From a virus: 64,000 bases of DNA. Shown here piece by piece: positions 54,141 through 63,507 of this stretch. Made by a program: the position numbers and the translations under genes. The notes beneath the pieces were generated by a model, which was not told where the DNA came from, made no database searches, and was given only the letters and a program-made list of their open reading frames with translations. Positions within the stretch are counted from its first letter, which is position 1, and every line of letters starts with the position of its first letter. Where the stretch lies: positions 1-64,000 of IMG/VR virus record IMGVR_UViG_3300045996_004119; one strand, given 5' to 3'.

Positions 54141-55741
54141 CCGGCGAGCCCGCGGGCCTCGGCGAGCTCGTGCTGCGGAAGCGGCGCGAGATGGCGGCGC
54201 GCACCAAGGCGCTGCCGACGTGGACGCCGCAGCCCGGGCCGCAGCGCGCGTTCATCGAGAGCACGGCGCGGGAGATCCTGTACGGCGGCGCGGCCGGTGG
54301 CGGAAAAACTTCCGGGTTGGCCGCGCTCCCGCTGCCGTGGGCACGCCGGCGCGAACTCGTATGCCTCTACCTCCGCCGCACCAACCCTGAACTCGAGGAC
54401 CTGAAGCGCAAGGCCGAGCAGATCTACCAGCTCGGGAAGGATGGGAAGTTCGCGCCCGCGTGCCCGGAAGCGACATTCCGCGAGGACAAGGGCACCTGGA
54501 CCTTCCGCTGGGGCAAGGATGTCGGGGCCACGGCGATCTTTGGTCACTGCAACGACAAGGACGATTGGAAGCGTTACGTCGGGCATGAGTACCAGATCAT
54601 TTGTTTCGACGAGCTGACCTGGTTCACCGAAGAGCAGTACGACGAGATCTGCAAGCGGCTCCGGTCGAGCGCTGGCGGCCTGCCGCGCATGATCCGGGCG
54701 ACGAGCAATCCGGGCGGACCGGGGCACGCTTTCGTTTTTAGGCGCTGGGGACCGTGGCTCGATCCGGAGTTCGCGATGCCGGACGAGGAGATCGAGTGGT
54801 TCGACTCCGATGGCGCACGGCGAGTCGCCGTCATCCGCGGTCTGCCCACCCGCATCGAGAACGGCCGCCGTGTGCCGCCGGCCAAGTCCGGCCAGGTCCT
54901 CTACGTCGCCAAGATCAAGGACCGAGAGGTCTTCTCGACTGAGCCGTTCGAGTTCGACGGCGCCGACGCGCTGACCCGCACGTTCATCGGCGCGAAGCTG
55001 AGCGACAACCCGGAACTCCTGAAGGAGGACCCGAACTACCGGGCCGCCCTGCGCCAAGGCTCCGAGCTCCGGCGCCGTCAACTCGAGGACGGCGACTGGC
55101 TCGCGAAGCCGGCGGCGGGGATGTACTTCAAGCGCGAGTGGTTCAAGCTCGTCGAGCCGGACGAGGTGCCGGAAAAGCTAGTTTGCTGCCGGTCGTGGGA
55201 CAAGGCAGCGACCGAGCCGCACCCGAAGAATACCGACCCGGACTGGACGCGCGGGCTCAAGGGCGGCAAGTGCGCCGACGGATTCTACTGGTTGCTCGAC
55301 CTGAAGAGCCTGCGGAGCAACCCCGGCGACGTCACGGCGCTCATCAAGGACACCGCCGAGGAGGACGGCCAAGAGGTTCGCATCACCGTGCCGCAAGACC
55401 CGGGCGCCGCGGGGGTGCAAGCGTCCGCCAGCGACGTGCAGGCGCTCGAGGGCTACATCGTCACGGCGAAGAAGGCCTCGGCCAACAAGGCGGCGCGCGC
55501 CGAGCCAGCGGCGAAACAGGCGCACCCGCAGTCGACCGGCGGCATGCACGGGCGCTTCCGCATGGTCCTGGCGCCGTGGACCGAGACCGTGCTCTCGGAG
55601 TTCGAGAGCTTCGACGGGGCCGACAACAACGGAGAGCACGACGACATCGTGGATGCGCTCTCCGACCTCTACGACGAGCTCAAGGGCGTCGACCTCGACG
55701 AGGACTGGAAGCCGATCAAGGCCGGCAGGCGCAGATGGTGA
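54131..55741 (+). CDS. terL: Terminase large subunit
   Basis: YGGAAGGGKT Walker A, ICFDELT Walker B, ATSNPGG, RSWDKAAT nuclease Asp, HDDIVDALS. Confidence 0.95.
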   Translation: MAVTGEPAGLGELVLRKRREMAARTKALPTWTPQPGPQRAFIESTAREILYGGAAGGGKTSGLAALPLPWARRRELVCLYLRRTNPELEDLKRKAEQIYQLGKDGKFAPACPEATFREDKGTWTFRWGKDVGATAIFGHCNDKDDWKRYVGHEYQIICFDELTWFTEEQYDEICKRLRSSAGGLPRMIRATSNPGGPGHAFVFRRWGPWLDPEFAMPDEEIEWFDSDGARRVAVIRGLPTRIENGRRVPPAKSGQVLYVAKIKDREVFSTEPFEFDGADALTRTFIGAKLSDNPELLKEDPNYRAALRQGSELRRRQLEDGDWLAKPAAGMYFKREWFKLVEPDEVPEKLVCCRSWDKAATEPHPKNTDPDWTRGLKGGKCADGFYWLLDLKSLRSNPGDVTALIKDTAEEDGQEVRITVPQDPGAAGVQASASDVQALEGYIVTAKKASANKAARAEPAAKQAHPQSTGGMHGRFRMVLAPWTETVLSEFESFDGADNNGEHDDIVDALSDLYDELKGVDLDEDWKPIKAGRRRW

Positions 55742-55769
55742 GTCGTGCTATGATTGCGGTGGAGGCGTG

Positions 55770-55985
55770 ATGCTGTCTCGGCTGTTCCAGTGGGCCTACT
55801 ACAGCGCGACCGGGGATTGCTGGTCGCAGGTGCAGCGGGACATCGGCATCCTGCCGACGCTCCGCTGGGTGGTGACCGGCAAAGAGGATGATGAGGCGCG
55901 TGCCTTCCCGCCCTTCCACGAGGCGGTTCTGCGGGGGATGCGCGAAGCCGAGAATGAGCGCGCGGAGAGGGCGCAGGGGGCGTGA
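55770..55985 (+). CDS. Hypothetical protein
   Basis: RBS GGAGG. Confidence 0.55.
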   Translation: MLSRLFQWAYYSATGDCWSQVQRDIGILPTLRWVVTGKEDDEARAFPPFHEAVLRGMREAENERAERAQGA

Positions 55986-56212
55986 TGGCGGCGCCCCGCA
56001 CGGCTCTGCCCCTCCTCGGTCCGTGGGCGCCGCAGCTTTTGCCGATTACCATCACATACCACGATGGCCGCACCGAGCACGTGACCGAGGAGGAACTCCG
56101 CGCCCGCTTCGGGGCGCACGTGGCCGGGCCGACCGCTCGGTACACCTGCCTCGAATGGGTGGACCGGGCGCTTGCGGCGCGGTGTCTGGCTGACGCCTGG
56201 AGGCCCTCGTGA
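55982..56212 (+). CDS. Hypothetical protein
   Basis: Coupled ORF. Confidence 0.55.
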   Translation: MMAAPRTALPLLGPWAPQLLPITITYHDGRTEHVTEEELRARFGAHVAGPTARYTCLEWVDRALAARCLADAWRPS

Positions 56213-56448
56213 CCGCTCGGGTAGTACCCAGAATCCTCGCGACGGAGCAAGACTTTGCCGAGGCGGCGGACGCCGTGTCTGGCGCGCGCATCGACTTCGG
56301 CGCCTTCTCCGACGCAGAGCTCCGCGCCCTGTGCGACCAGCAGCGCCTGACCGCGGCAGCCGACTACGACCGCAGGACCGCGGCGCGCATGGCGTACCTG
56401 GGCAGGCTGTGCACGAGGCCCGCTGGCCCGAAGGAGCAGCGCCCGTGA
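56209..56448 (+). CDS. Hypothetical protein
   Basis: Coupled ORF. Confidence 0.55.
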   Translation: MTARVVPRILATEQDFAEAADAVSGARIDFGAFSDAELRALCDQQRLTAAADYDRRTAARMAYLGRLCTRPAGPKEQRP

Positions 56449-56882
56449 CCGCCTCCCGGACCGACAACCCGCCCGACGACTGCGACGCACCCGAGCGCCA
56501 CACTGACGGCGGTGCGTGCGTGAGGCCGGGGGATGAGCCGACGACGTGGGACACGCTGACATTGGGCGGCGTGCGCTTCCCAGCGGCAGGCGACGAGGTG
56601 ACCGTGTGCCGGCACCTCGGCGAGCAACTGCGGCAGATGTCCGAGGCCGTGTTGCCGATCGGCGCGACGCTGAGGATTCTCTCGCCCGTGGACGTCGCGC
56701 CGGAGCACTGCCCGCTCTGCATCGAGGCGTTGAGGTTGGATCGCCGGTTGCGCGGGGATCGGTGCCCGGTGCACGACGCTGGTCGCGCCTTCGAGGTCTA
56801 CCAGGAGGCGGTTCGCGATGCCGAGGAGAGCGACGACGAACTCAGGGCGCGACTCAAGGTCCGCATCGGAGGCGAGCGATGA
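56445..56882 (+). CDS. Cys-rich hypothetical protein
   Basis: Coupled GTG; CPLC, CPVH. Confidence 0.6.
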   Translation: MTASRTDNPPDDCDAPERHTDGGACVRPGDEPTTWDTLTLGGVRFPAAGDEVTVCRHLGEQLRQMSEAVLPIGATLRILSPVDVAPEHCPLCIEALRLDRRLRGDRCPVHDAGRAFEVYQEAVRDAEESDDELRARLKVRIGGER

Positions 56883-57076
56883 AGAGCGGGGTCGAGATGA
56901 AGCTGGTGCTCAAGAACCATCCGGCGCCGTTTGCAGGGATGCCGGCTCAGGCTGAGGATGTGCCGGGGGACGAGCGCCTCATGCCGGGAGCCCCGGTGCT
57001 ACTCGTGGAGTGCGAGGACGCGTCGCTCAACGGCGTGTGGCTCCTCTCCGACGGGCCGTGGACGAGGGCGCTGTGA
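56879..57076 (+). CDS. Hypothetical protein
   Basis: Coupled ORF. Confidence 0.55.
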   Translation: MKSGVEMKLVLKNHPAPFAGMPAQAEDVPGDERLMPGAPVLLVECEDASLNGVWLLSDGPWTRAL

Positions 57077-57732
57077 TGACCAACGGCGCCATCCCCCTCC
57101 ACCCCGACGACCTCGACACTTCCGTGCTCGCGACCCGAGACGGCGTGACCGCAGCCGCGCTGGCCGCCGCCAAGGACGCGCCGGACGGCGACCTGCGGAT
57201 AGCGTCGGAGCTGCACTTCCGCGGCACCACCATGCCGAATGGACCGCTGCGAGACCTGACGCTGGAGGCGGCGCGCAGGCTTCGTGTCGCCGCGCGCCTC
57301 GTGGCCGGAGTACGCTCGGTCATGGTCGGCGACGTCCACGCCTACGAGCGCAACGACGTGGAGGAGGGCGACGGGTCCACGTGGGAACTGCGCGCCGACG
57401 GCGACGTGCGATGGGTGCCGCGCGAAGAGGCGATGGGGAGGCTCCGGCGCGAGGTGGATCAGCCGCGCGCGCCGCAGGTGTCGCCCGAGATCCAGGCGGT
57501 CACGCGCCGGGCCGCTCTCGGCGGGCGGTGGCGCGATCCGGATGGCGTCGAGAAGACGGCCAGCCGCGTGGAGCAGATCGGGGACCCGGTGTACCTGTGC
57601 GGGAGGCTCGTAGGCGTCGAAGCACGCGACTTGGACATCGTCTGGACCGATGGCACGAAGACGCCGGCGAAGATCGTTGCTCACCCGCGGCTCGGGTGGG
57701 AGGCGATTCTGGAGGCCGAGGAACGCGCGTGA
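57076..57732 (+). CDS. Hypothetical protein
   Basis: Coupled ATG. Confidence 0.65.
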   Translation: MTNGAIPLHPDDLDTSVLATRDGVTAAALAAAKDAPDGDLRIASELHFRGTTMPNGPLRDLTLEAARRLRVAARLVAGVRSVMVGDVHAYERNDVEEGDGSTWELRADGDVRWVPREEAMGRLRREVDQPRAPQVSPEIQAVTRRAALGGRWRDPDGVEKTASRVEQIGDPVYLCGRLVGVEARDLDIVWTDGTKTPAKIVAHPRLGWEAILEAEERA

Positions 57733-58259
57733 GCTACCCGTACTACATGAAGCCCATCGAGGAGCGGGCTCGCGAGGCTGGCGTGCCCGTGGACTGGCTT
57801 CGCGACCGGCCAAGGAAGCGACGAGTCCTGTGGCGCGACGTGCCGCGGCGGTTCTTGGTGATCCAGGCGCGATGCGCGGTGATCGGCATCCTGGACCTTG
57901 ATGGGTTCGCGGAGTGGGTGCTGCCGGACGGTGCCCGCGATCCTAGCGTGTCCAACCCGGGCAGCCTCAGTTCTGCGCTGCGCACGGCGCTCGCGAGCAA
58001 GCAGATCACCGCCGACCCCCAGCTACGGCGCGCCATGCGCGCGCTCTACCGGTGGGAGTTCCGGCAGTGCGCGCGCGTGGGTTATGCGTGTGACCCGCCG
58101 GGGCCGAGCGGCGCCCCGCGTCCGCTTCCGGCAGAGGACGATCTCAGGGCCCACATGCGAGAGGCCATCCGGTGGCTCGAGTACGTGGTGGGGCTCGGCG
58201 CAGAGCCGAGCTCGGCAGCGGCGAGAGACCTCGCCCGGCTCCGGGCGGCGTGGGGATGA
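57729..58259 (+). CDS. Hypothetical protein
   Basis: Coupled GTG. Confidence 0.6.
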   Translation: MSYPYYMKPIEERAREAGVPVDWLRDRPRKRRVLWRDVPRRFLVIQARCAVIGILDLDGFAEWVLPDGARDPSVSNPGSLSSALRTALASKQITADPQLRRAMRALYRWEFRQCARVGYACDPPGPSGAPRPLPAEDDLRAHMREAIRWLEYVVGLGAEPSSAAARDLARLRAAWG

Positions 58260-58290
58260 CACGTTGGATGGCGAGGCGAGAGGAGGACGC

Positions 58291-58641
58291 GTGAGAGACA
58301 GCCAGAATACGGACCCGACACGAGAGCTCGAAGCCGAGGCCGAAAGCCGACGCGAGGCGTGGGGCGCGTGGCTGCGCACGCTGTCCACGTTCGCCGCGGA
58401 GACGGACCCGGTTCGCGCGCGCGAGCTGGCTGCGGAGGTCGCGGGCGGCATGCCATTCGCCATGCAATCCAGGCTCGCCTTCCTGGAACTGCTCCCGCTG
58501 GAGATACGGCGACGCGAACTCGAGGCGACGCCTGCGGCGCGATTCGCCGCCGCGCTCAAGCTGGCCGGTCAGATCGGATTGAGCGATGGCGTCGTGCCAG
58601 ACTACGTGCGCGAGAAGGTCGCGCCGACGGAGGGCGGGTAG
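58291..58641 (+). CDS. Hypothetical protein
   Basis: RBS GAGGAGG before GTG. Confidence 0.6.
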   Translation: MRDSQNTDPTRELEAEAESRREAWGAWLRTLSTFAAETDPVRARELAAEVAGGMPFAMQSRLAFLELLPLEIRRRELEATPAARFAAALKLAGQIGLSDGVVPDYVREKVAPTEGG

Positions 58642-58674
58642 CCTGAAAGCACAACGCCCGCCACCTCGGCCAAG

Positions 58675-59847
58675 GTGACGGGCGTCTCGGGGCGACCGGG
58701 CGGGCGCGACCCACGCATCTACTACCGCGACGGGCAGGTCTCGTCGAGGAGGAACGCTGTGGGAGAGGCGCAGTTCATCGACAGAGAATGGGAGGCATGG
58801 GCCGCGACGCTGGGGCGCTTCCCCGGTGGTGGGCTCGCGCGGGCCAATGCGGCGCACGCAGAGGAGCTGCGCGCAGCAGGCTGGCTGCACCGGCCGCAGC
58901 GCAGCGCGGCAGATGACGACCCCGAGGACAACGGCTGGATCGCCCCGGCGCGGCACCGGCGCAGCGTGGAGGATGTTGGCGGCATGGTGAGGCGCCTCGT
59001 CGACCGGCTCGACCCCCGCTCGCCGCCGGAGCACCTGCCGCGGCCGGTGGCGCTCACGATGGTGGGCATCGTCCAGGCGCTCGGAGACCTCCTGTTCTAC
59101 CCGGACACGGAGACGCCGTGGGCGGCGGCGACTGTCGAGCTGGCCGCCCTCGTTGGCCGGCAGCGCCGAGAGGACCCGGAGCGCCCGCTCTTCCGCGGCG
59201 CCGGCCACGTGCTGGCGGTGGCCTCCGAGGACGGCGTGGAGCGGCGCCTCGGTGCGGGCGCTCAGAGCTACCAGGTCGCCGAGAGCCGGGGGAGGACGCG
59301 GGCGCACTGGCACGAGGTGGAGTGCAAGGCGACGCACGTCAGCGGTGGCGTGGTGAAGAACCTCGGCGAGGTAGAGCGCGCCATCGACGCCCAGCGCAGC
59401 ACGGCGGGCGCGAAGCTCGACCCGGTGGACCGCGCCGGCCTCGACGACTGGCTGCGCGACGGCGCGAGCCCGGTGGCTCGGGTGCTGCTCTACCGTCGCA
59501 GGCTCGCGGCGACCCGGGGGCACGGGATCCGGCGTGGGCGAGGGGCCTTCGACGTGGCGATCAGCGACGCCGAGGCGAAGGCGGCCACGGCCGACCTGAG
59601 CGACAAGGACATCCTGGGCAGGCTCACCCGGGCGAAGGGCATCCTCGAGCGTCACCTGCGGCGGCTGGCTCCGAAGGCGGAGGAGATGGCGCTGCTCACC
59701 GGGGACAAGGCCTTCTTGGCGCCGCTGACGCCGGCGGCGCGACCGAGGGGGGAGAGGGAGGATGGGAGCCGGCCTCCCCGCGCGCCGCGGCCCACGCGGG
59801 TCTTCTCCGAGCCTGCCGAGGTCATGATCGGCCCCGGGGGTCCGTGA
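58675..59847 (+). CDS. Hypothetical protein
   Basis: Long ORF; start uncertain. Confidence 0.7.
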   Translation: MTGVSGRPGGRDPRIYYRDGQVSSRRNAVGEAQFIDREWEAWAATLGRFPGGGLARANAAHAEELRAAGWLHRPQRSAADDDPEDNGWIAPARHRRSVEDVGGMVRRLVDRLDPRSPPEHLPRPVALTMVGIVQALGDLLFYPDTETPWAAATVELAALVGRQRREDPERPLFRGAGHVLAVASEDGVERRLGAGAQSYQVAESRGRTRAHWHEVECKATHVSGGVVKNLGEVERAIDAQRSTAGAKLDPVDRAGLDDWLRDGASPVARVLLYRRRLAATRGHGIRRGRGAFDVAISDAEAKAATADLSDKDILGRLTRAKGILERHLRRLAPKAEEMALLTGDKAFLAPLTPAARPRGEREDGSRPPRAPRPTRVFSEPAEVMIGPGGP

Positions 59848-60332
59848 GCGGCCCGAAGGCGCGTGGCTGGAAGGCGATCGCTGGTCGGCTCGGGATCGCC
59901 GAGAACACCGCCGTCGCCTACAGCCGACTCTGCGAGGACCCGCTGCCGGTGCGCGTCTCGCGCGGCGCACCCTGGTGCTACGAGCTCTTCCTCGACGAGT
60001 GGCTGGCCAGGCGCAGCGGCGGCGTGATGCGGGACGGCGCGGAGCTCGAGCGGCTCGAGGGCTGGGCGGCGATCTGCCATGAGCTCTTCGGCGTGGGCCG
60101 GGTCGTCGCCTTCCGGTGGGCCAAGCTGCCTCACGACCGGCTCCCCGTTATCGGCATCGGCAGCCGCGAGCCGTGGGCGTACAGGAGCGCGGTGCGCGAC
60201 TGGAAGAACCGGGGGGACATGCCCTTCCAGGCGCACGAGCGGATCCAGGTTGAGGCCACGGTAACGTGCGCCGCAAAGCGGCGAGGAAACAAGGACGCTC
60301 AGCCGCGGAGATTGCGGCACAAGCAACATTGA
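59844..60332 (+). CDS. Protein with two tandem HTH-like repeats (putative DNA-binding regulator)
   Basis: GWKAIAGRLG...PLPV...PWCY..FLDEW and GWAAICHELFG...RLPV...PWAY..AVRDW. Confidence 0.65.
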   Translation: MSGPKARGWKAIAGRLGIAENTAVAYSRLCEDPLPVRVSRGAPWCYELFLDEWLARRSGGVMRDGAELERLEGWAAICHELFGVGRVVAFRWAKLPHDRLPVIGIGSREPWAYRSAVRDWKNRGDMPFQAHERIQVEATVTCAAKRRGNKDAQPRRLRHKQH

Positions 60333-60580
60333 TCTGCGAGCTCGGCCGGGTCACTTTCGCATCACGCTCGCGAGAGGCGTCCCCGAGGGGAGCCGTCGCG
60401 GTTCTGACGCCGGCCCCGCTCCCCAGCGGCGAGCCGGCGTCGGCGCTTCCGGCTGCGTGATGACCGGAAAGGAGCTGGCGCCAGGCGCGCCGGCTGAATC
60501 CGCGGCTGCCGTTCTGGGGCGGCGGCAGCCGCGGCGAACCCATTTCTAGCCCCACATCCCCGGCCCTCCGGGTGAGCCAG

Positions 60581-60811
60581 ATGAAAGCAACCTTCAAGGT
60601 GACCGAGCGCGGCGAGCCGGCGATTGTGCTGACGCCGGAGTCCCCGGAAGAGACCGTGCTCTGCACGGTGTTCTCCACGCGATGCATGGCCGATGGGTTC
60701 CGTATTGCCGGGACCGATCACCAGGCGCGCGGCGGCGCGGTGGATGAGATCACGCTGTTCCCGGCGCCCGTCGGTGACACGTCGCCGCCCAAGGGCCAGC
60801 CGAAGAAGTGA
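60581..60811 (+). CDS. Hypothetical protein
   Basis: First ORF after the structured intergenic region. Confidence 0.6.
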   Translation: MKATFKVTERGEPAIVLTPESPEETVLCTVFSTRCMADGFRIAGTDHQARGGAVDEITLFPAPVGDTSPPKGQPKK

Positions 60812-60846
60812 GCCCGGCCGCGGGCCCCTGAAGCCCGCAACGACTC

Positions 60847-62670
60847 ATGCCCATCCTCGACCGCGCGCTCCGCATGTACGCCGCTGCGCGCGAGGCGCTA
60901 GCGCCGGGGCAGCCTACCGCAACGGCTGCGCCCACGGCGTCGTCGATGCCGCGTGGCGTGGCCGAGCTGCTCCACCGGCTCGTGGGCAGCGCCAACTCGC
61001 CGCCGGTATCCCCGGCCATCGAGGCGCAGCGCCTCGCGACGTTCCACGTCGAGCCGTCGGTCCGCACCTATCTGCGGTGGACGCCGTCAGACCTGACGTC
61101 CGCGCTCCAGCAGGCCGACGCCGGCAACCTCCGGATGGCGGCCGACCTGTGCGAGGCGATCCTCGGCGACGACCGAGCCGTGGCGGTGCTCAACACGCGT
61201 GTGAACGCCGTACTCGGCTCCGACCTCACGTTCGAGGCCGGGCGCGGACGGTCGAAGAAGAAGGCTGTTCGCGCGCTCGAGGCCGACGAGGACTGGTACG
61301 CCGCCTGGAGCGAGGCCGTGCTGGGGCAGATGCTGCTCTGGGGTCGCCTGCTCGGCATCTCCCCGGCGCAGCAGAACTGGCAGGGGATCGATGGGCACGG
61401 CGGGCGCCTGATCCCCGTCGTCGAGAACTGGCACGCGCGGCACCTCCGGCAGGACTCGCTGACGCGCGCGTGGTGGATGCGCGTCGGCAACGGCGGCGAA
61501 GAGGCCCAGGTCAGCCCTGGCGACGGCAAGTGGATTCTGTTCATGCCCTACGGCCCGAATCGGCCGTGGGCGCATGGACTCTGGCGCGGCTTCGCGCGGC
61601 TCTGGTTGCTGAAGCAGTACGCGATCGACGACTGGGGCAAGCACTCGGAGGCCCACGGCAACCCGATGAAGCTCGGGATCCCGCCGAAGGTCGGAGAGGC
61701 GAACCACGGGAACAAGAAGCTCCGTCAGGAGCTCGCGGACGACCTGGCGCAGCTCGGGGCGAACTCGTCGCTGGTGCTCCCGCCCGGCTTCGACTTCAAG
61801 CTGGTCGAGGCGACGGCGAACACCTGGGAGATGTTCAAGGCCCAGATCGACATGGCCAACAACGCCATGAGCGTGATGGCCATCGGCACGAACCTCCCGA
61901 CTGAGGTGGGCAACGGGGCGGCGACGGGCGCGACGGCGCAAAACCTCGTGCGGCTCGACTACAAGAAAGCCGACGCCGAGGCGCTGAGCACCATGGCCCA
62001 CGACCAGAACCTGGTCTGGTGGGCCGAGTTCAACTTCGGCGACGCAGGGCTCGCTCCGTGGCCGGTCTGGGACGTGGTGCCGCCGGCCGACCAGAAGGCC
62101 AGGGCGGATGTGCTGAGCACCTTTGCGAGCGCCCTCGACAAGCTCACCGAAGCGAACGTCCCGGTGGACATCCCGAAGCTCGCCGAGGAGTTCGAGGTGC
62201 CGCTGCGCGAGGTGGCCGAGTCCCGCGTGCAGAGCCCGCGCATCTTCGAGTACCACCTCAAATACGGCATTCTGAAGAAGAACGAGATCCGGCAATCGCT
62301 CGGGTACGACCCGGAGTCCGGCGGGGACGTCATCCCCGAACCGATCGTGCAGGTGCCCGGCACGAAGCCGACGGCACAGCGGCCGGAGGAGGAGAACGCC
62401 GCGGCGAGCGTTGCGCACCTCGCCTCGCTCGCGGAGGCGCACAACGCCGCGCACGACGACCAGCGACGCCAGACCACCGTGGAAACGCTCCGCGCGGTCT
62501 GGGGCCGCGGGGCCGCGCTAGCGACGGGCGTCGACCGCGACGCCTGGGCCATGGGCCGCGTGGAGGCCTTCCTTCACCTCCTGGCCATGGGGGAGCCGGA
62601 GCACCCGACGTACGTGGCCGACAACGATCTGCTGCCCGATGGGCACGAGCGGAGGACGACCGATGCCTGA
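60847..62670 (+). CDS. Portal protein, DUF935 (Mu gp29-like), with C-terminal extra domain
   Basis: DLCEAILGDD...LNTRVNAV, GISPAQQNW, DWGKHSEAHGNP.KLG, SSLVLPPG.DF.LVE. Confidence 0.85.
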   Translation: MPILDRALRMYAAAREALAPGQPTATAAPTASSMPRGVAELLHRLVGSANSPPVSPAIEAQRLATFHVEPSVRTYLRWTPSDLTSALQQADAGNLRMAADLCEAILGDDRAVAVLNTRVNAVLGSDLTFEAGRGRSKKKAVRALEADEDWYAAWSEAVLGQMLLWGRLLGISPAQQNWQGIDGHGGRLIPVVENWHARHLRQDSLTRAWWMRVGNGGEEAQVSPGDGKWILFMPYGPNRPWAHGLWRGFARLWLLKQYAIDDWGKHSEAHGNPMKLGIPPKVGEANHGNKKLRQELADDLAQLGANSSLVLPPGFDFKLVEATANTWEMFKAQIDMANNAMSVMAIGTNLPTEVGNGAATGATAQNLVRLDYKKADAEALSTMAHDQNLVWWAEFNFGDAGLAPWPVWDVVPPADQKARADVLSTFASALDKLTEANVPVDIPKLAEEFEVPLREVAESRVQSPRIFEYHLKYGILKKNEIRQSLGYDPESGGDVIPEPIVQVPGTKPTAQRPEEENAAASVAHLASLAEAHNAAHDDQRRQTTVETLRAVWGRGAALATGVDRDAWAMGRVEAFLHLLAMGEPEHPTYVADNDLLPDGHERRTTDA

Positions 62671-63043
62671 CGACCTCGGCTACCGCCCGGCCTCCCCGCT
62701 GCCGCCCTACCTGGCGCCGGTAACCCTCGCTGCGCGCGCGCCGGCCGTCCTGTCGGCCAGCCGCTCTGGCGTGGGCCCTGCCGTGTCGGCCCAGCTCTAC
62801 CTCGACCGCGTGGTGGACCGCGGGCTGCGCGCCGCTCCGGAGGCGCTGCACGAGACGCTCGCCGCCGTCATGGCCGCCATCGAGGGCGCGCGGTCGTACG
62901 CGGAGGTCGAGGCGCGCCTCATCGAGCTCGCCCCCGGCGCGGCGGAGCGGTCGGAGGACTTCGCCGCCCTGGTCGAGGGCGCGGTGATGCTCGGCATCGG
63001 GGCGGGCGCGTGGGCGACGGGGGAAGAGGCGGACGCATCATGA
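62663..63043 (+). CDS. Hypothetical protein resembling the C-terminal helical region of Mu gp29-like portals
   Basis: AIEGARSYAEVEARLIEL...FAALVEGAVMLG. Confidence 0.6.
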   Translation: MPDDLGYRPASPLPPYLAPVTLAARAPAVLSASRSGVGPAVSAQLYLDRVVDRGLRAAPEALHETLAAVMAAIEGARSYAEVEARLIELAPGAAERSEDFAALVEGAVMLGIGAGAWATGEEADAS

Positions 63044-63447
63044 GCGAGAGCAAGTACCCTCTTATCAACGGCGTCTTCACGCCGGAGCTCCGCGCCGAGG
63101 AAGAGCTCAAGGCCAGCCGCGCGGTTCGCCTCCGCGTCCGGAGCGACGGCACCTTCCCGGGCACGTCCGTGGTCGCTGTTCACGAGGACGGCACGGAGCA
63201 CGCCATCGTGTTTTGCGACCGCATCGACATCAGCATCACGCCTGCCGGAGCGCGCGCCACCATCCATGTCACGGACGTGGTTGTCGACGTCGAGGCGGCG
63301 CCGGGCGCAGCGCCTGTCACCGCAGGCCCGACCATCAACAACTTCGCGGTGCATGTCCACGGCGCCGACGTCTCGCCGGAGGCGGTCAGGGGCGCTCTCG
63401 TGAGCGCGCTGGAGAGCTCCGCGGCCGTCCACGTCAGCGCCGCCTGA
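63040..63447 (+). CDS. Hypothetical protein
   Basis: Coupled ATG. Confidence 0.6.
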   Translation: MSESKYPLINGVFTPELRAEEELKASRAVRLRVRSDGTFPGTSVVAVHEDGTEHAIVFCDRIDISITPAGARATIHVTDVVVDVEAAPGAAPVTAGPTINNFAVHVHGADVSPEAVRGALVSALESSAAVHVSAA

Positions 63448-63507
63448 CCCCTCCGCGTGCTCGTCGCCCTCGACACCATCGCGCCCGGGAGGCGCCCCGG
63501 TCTCCGT

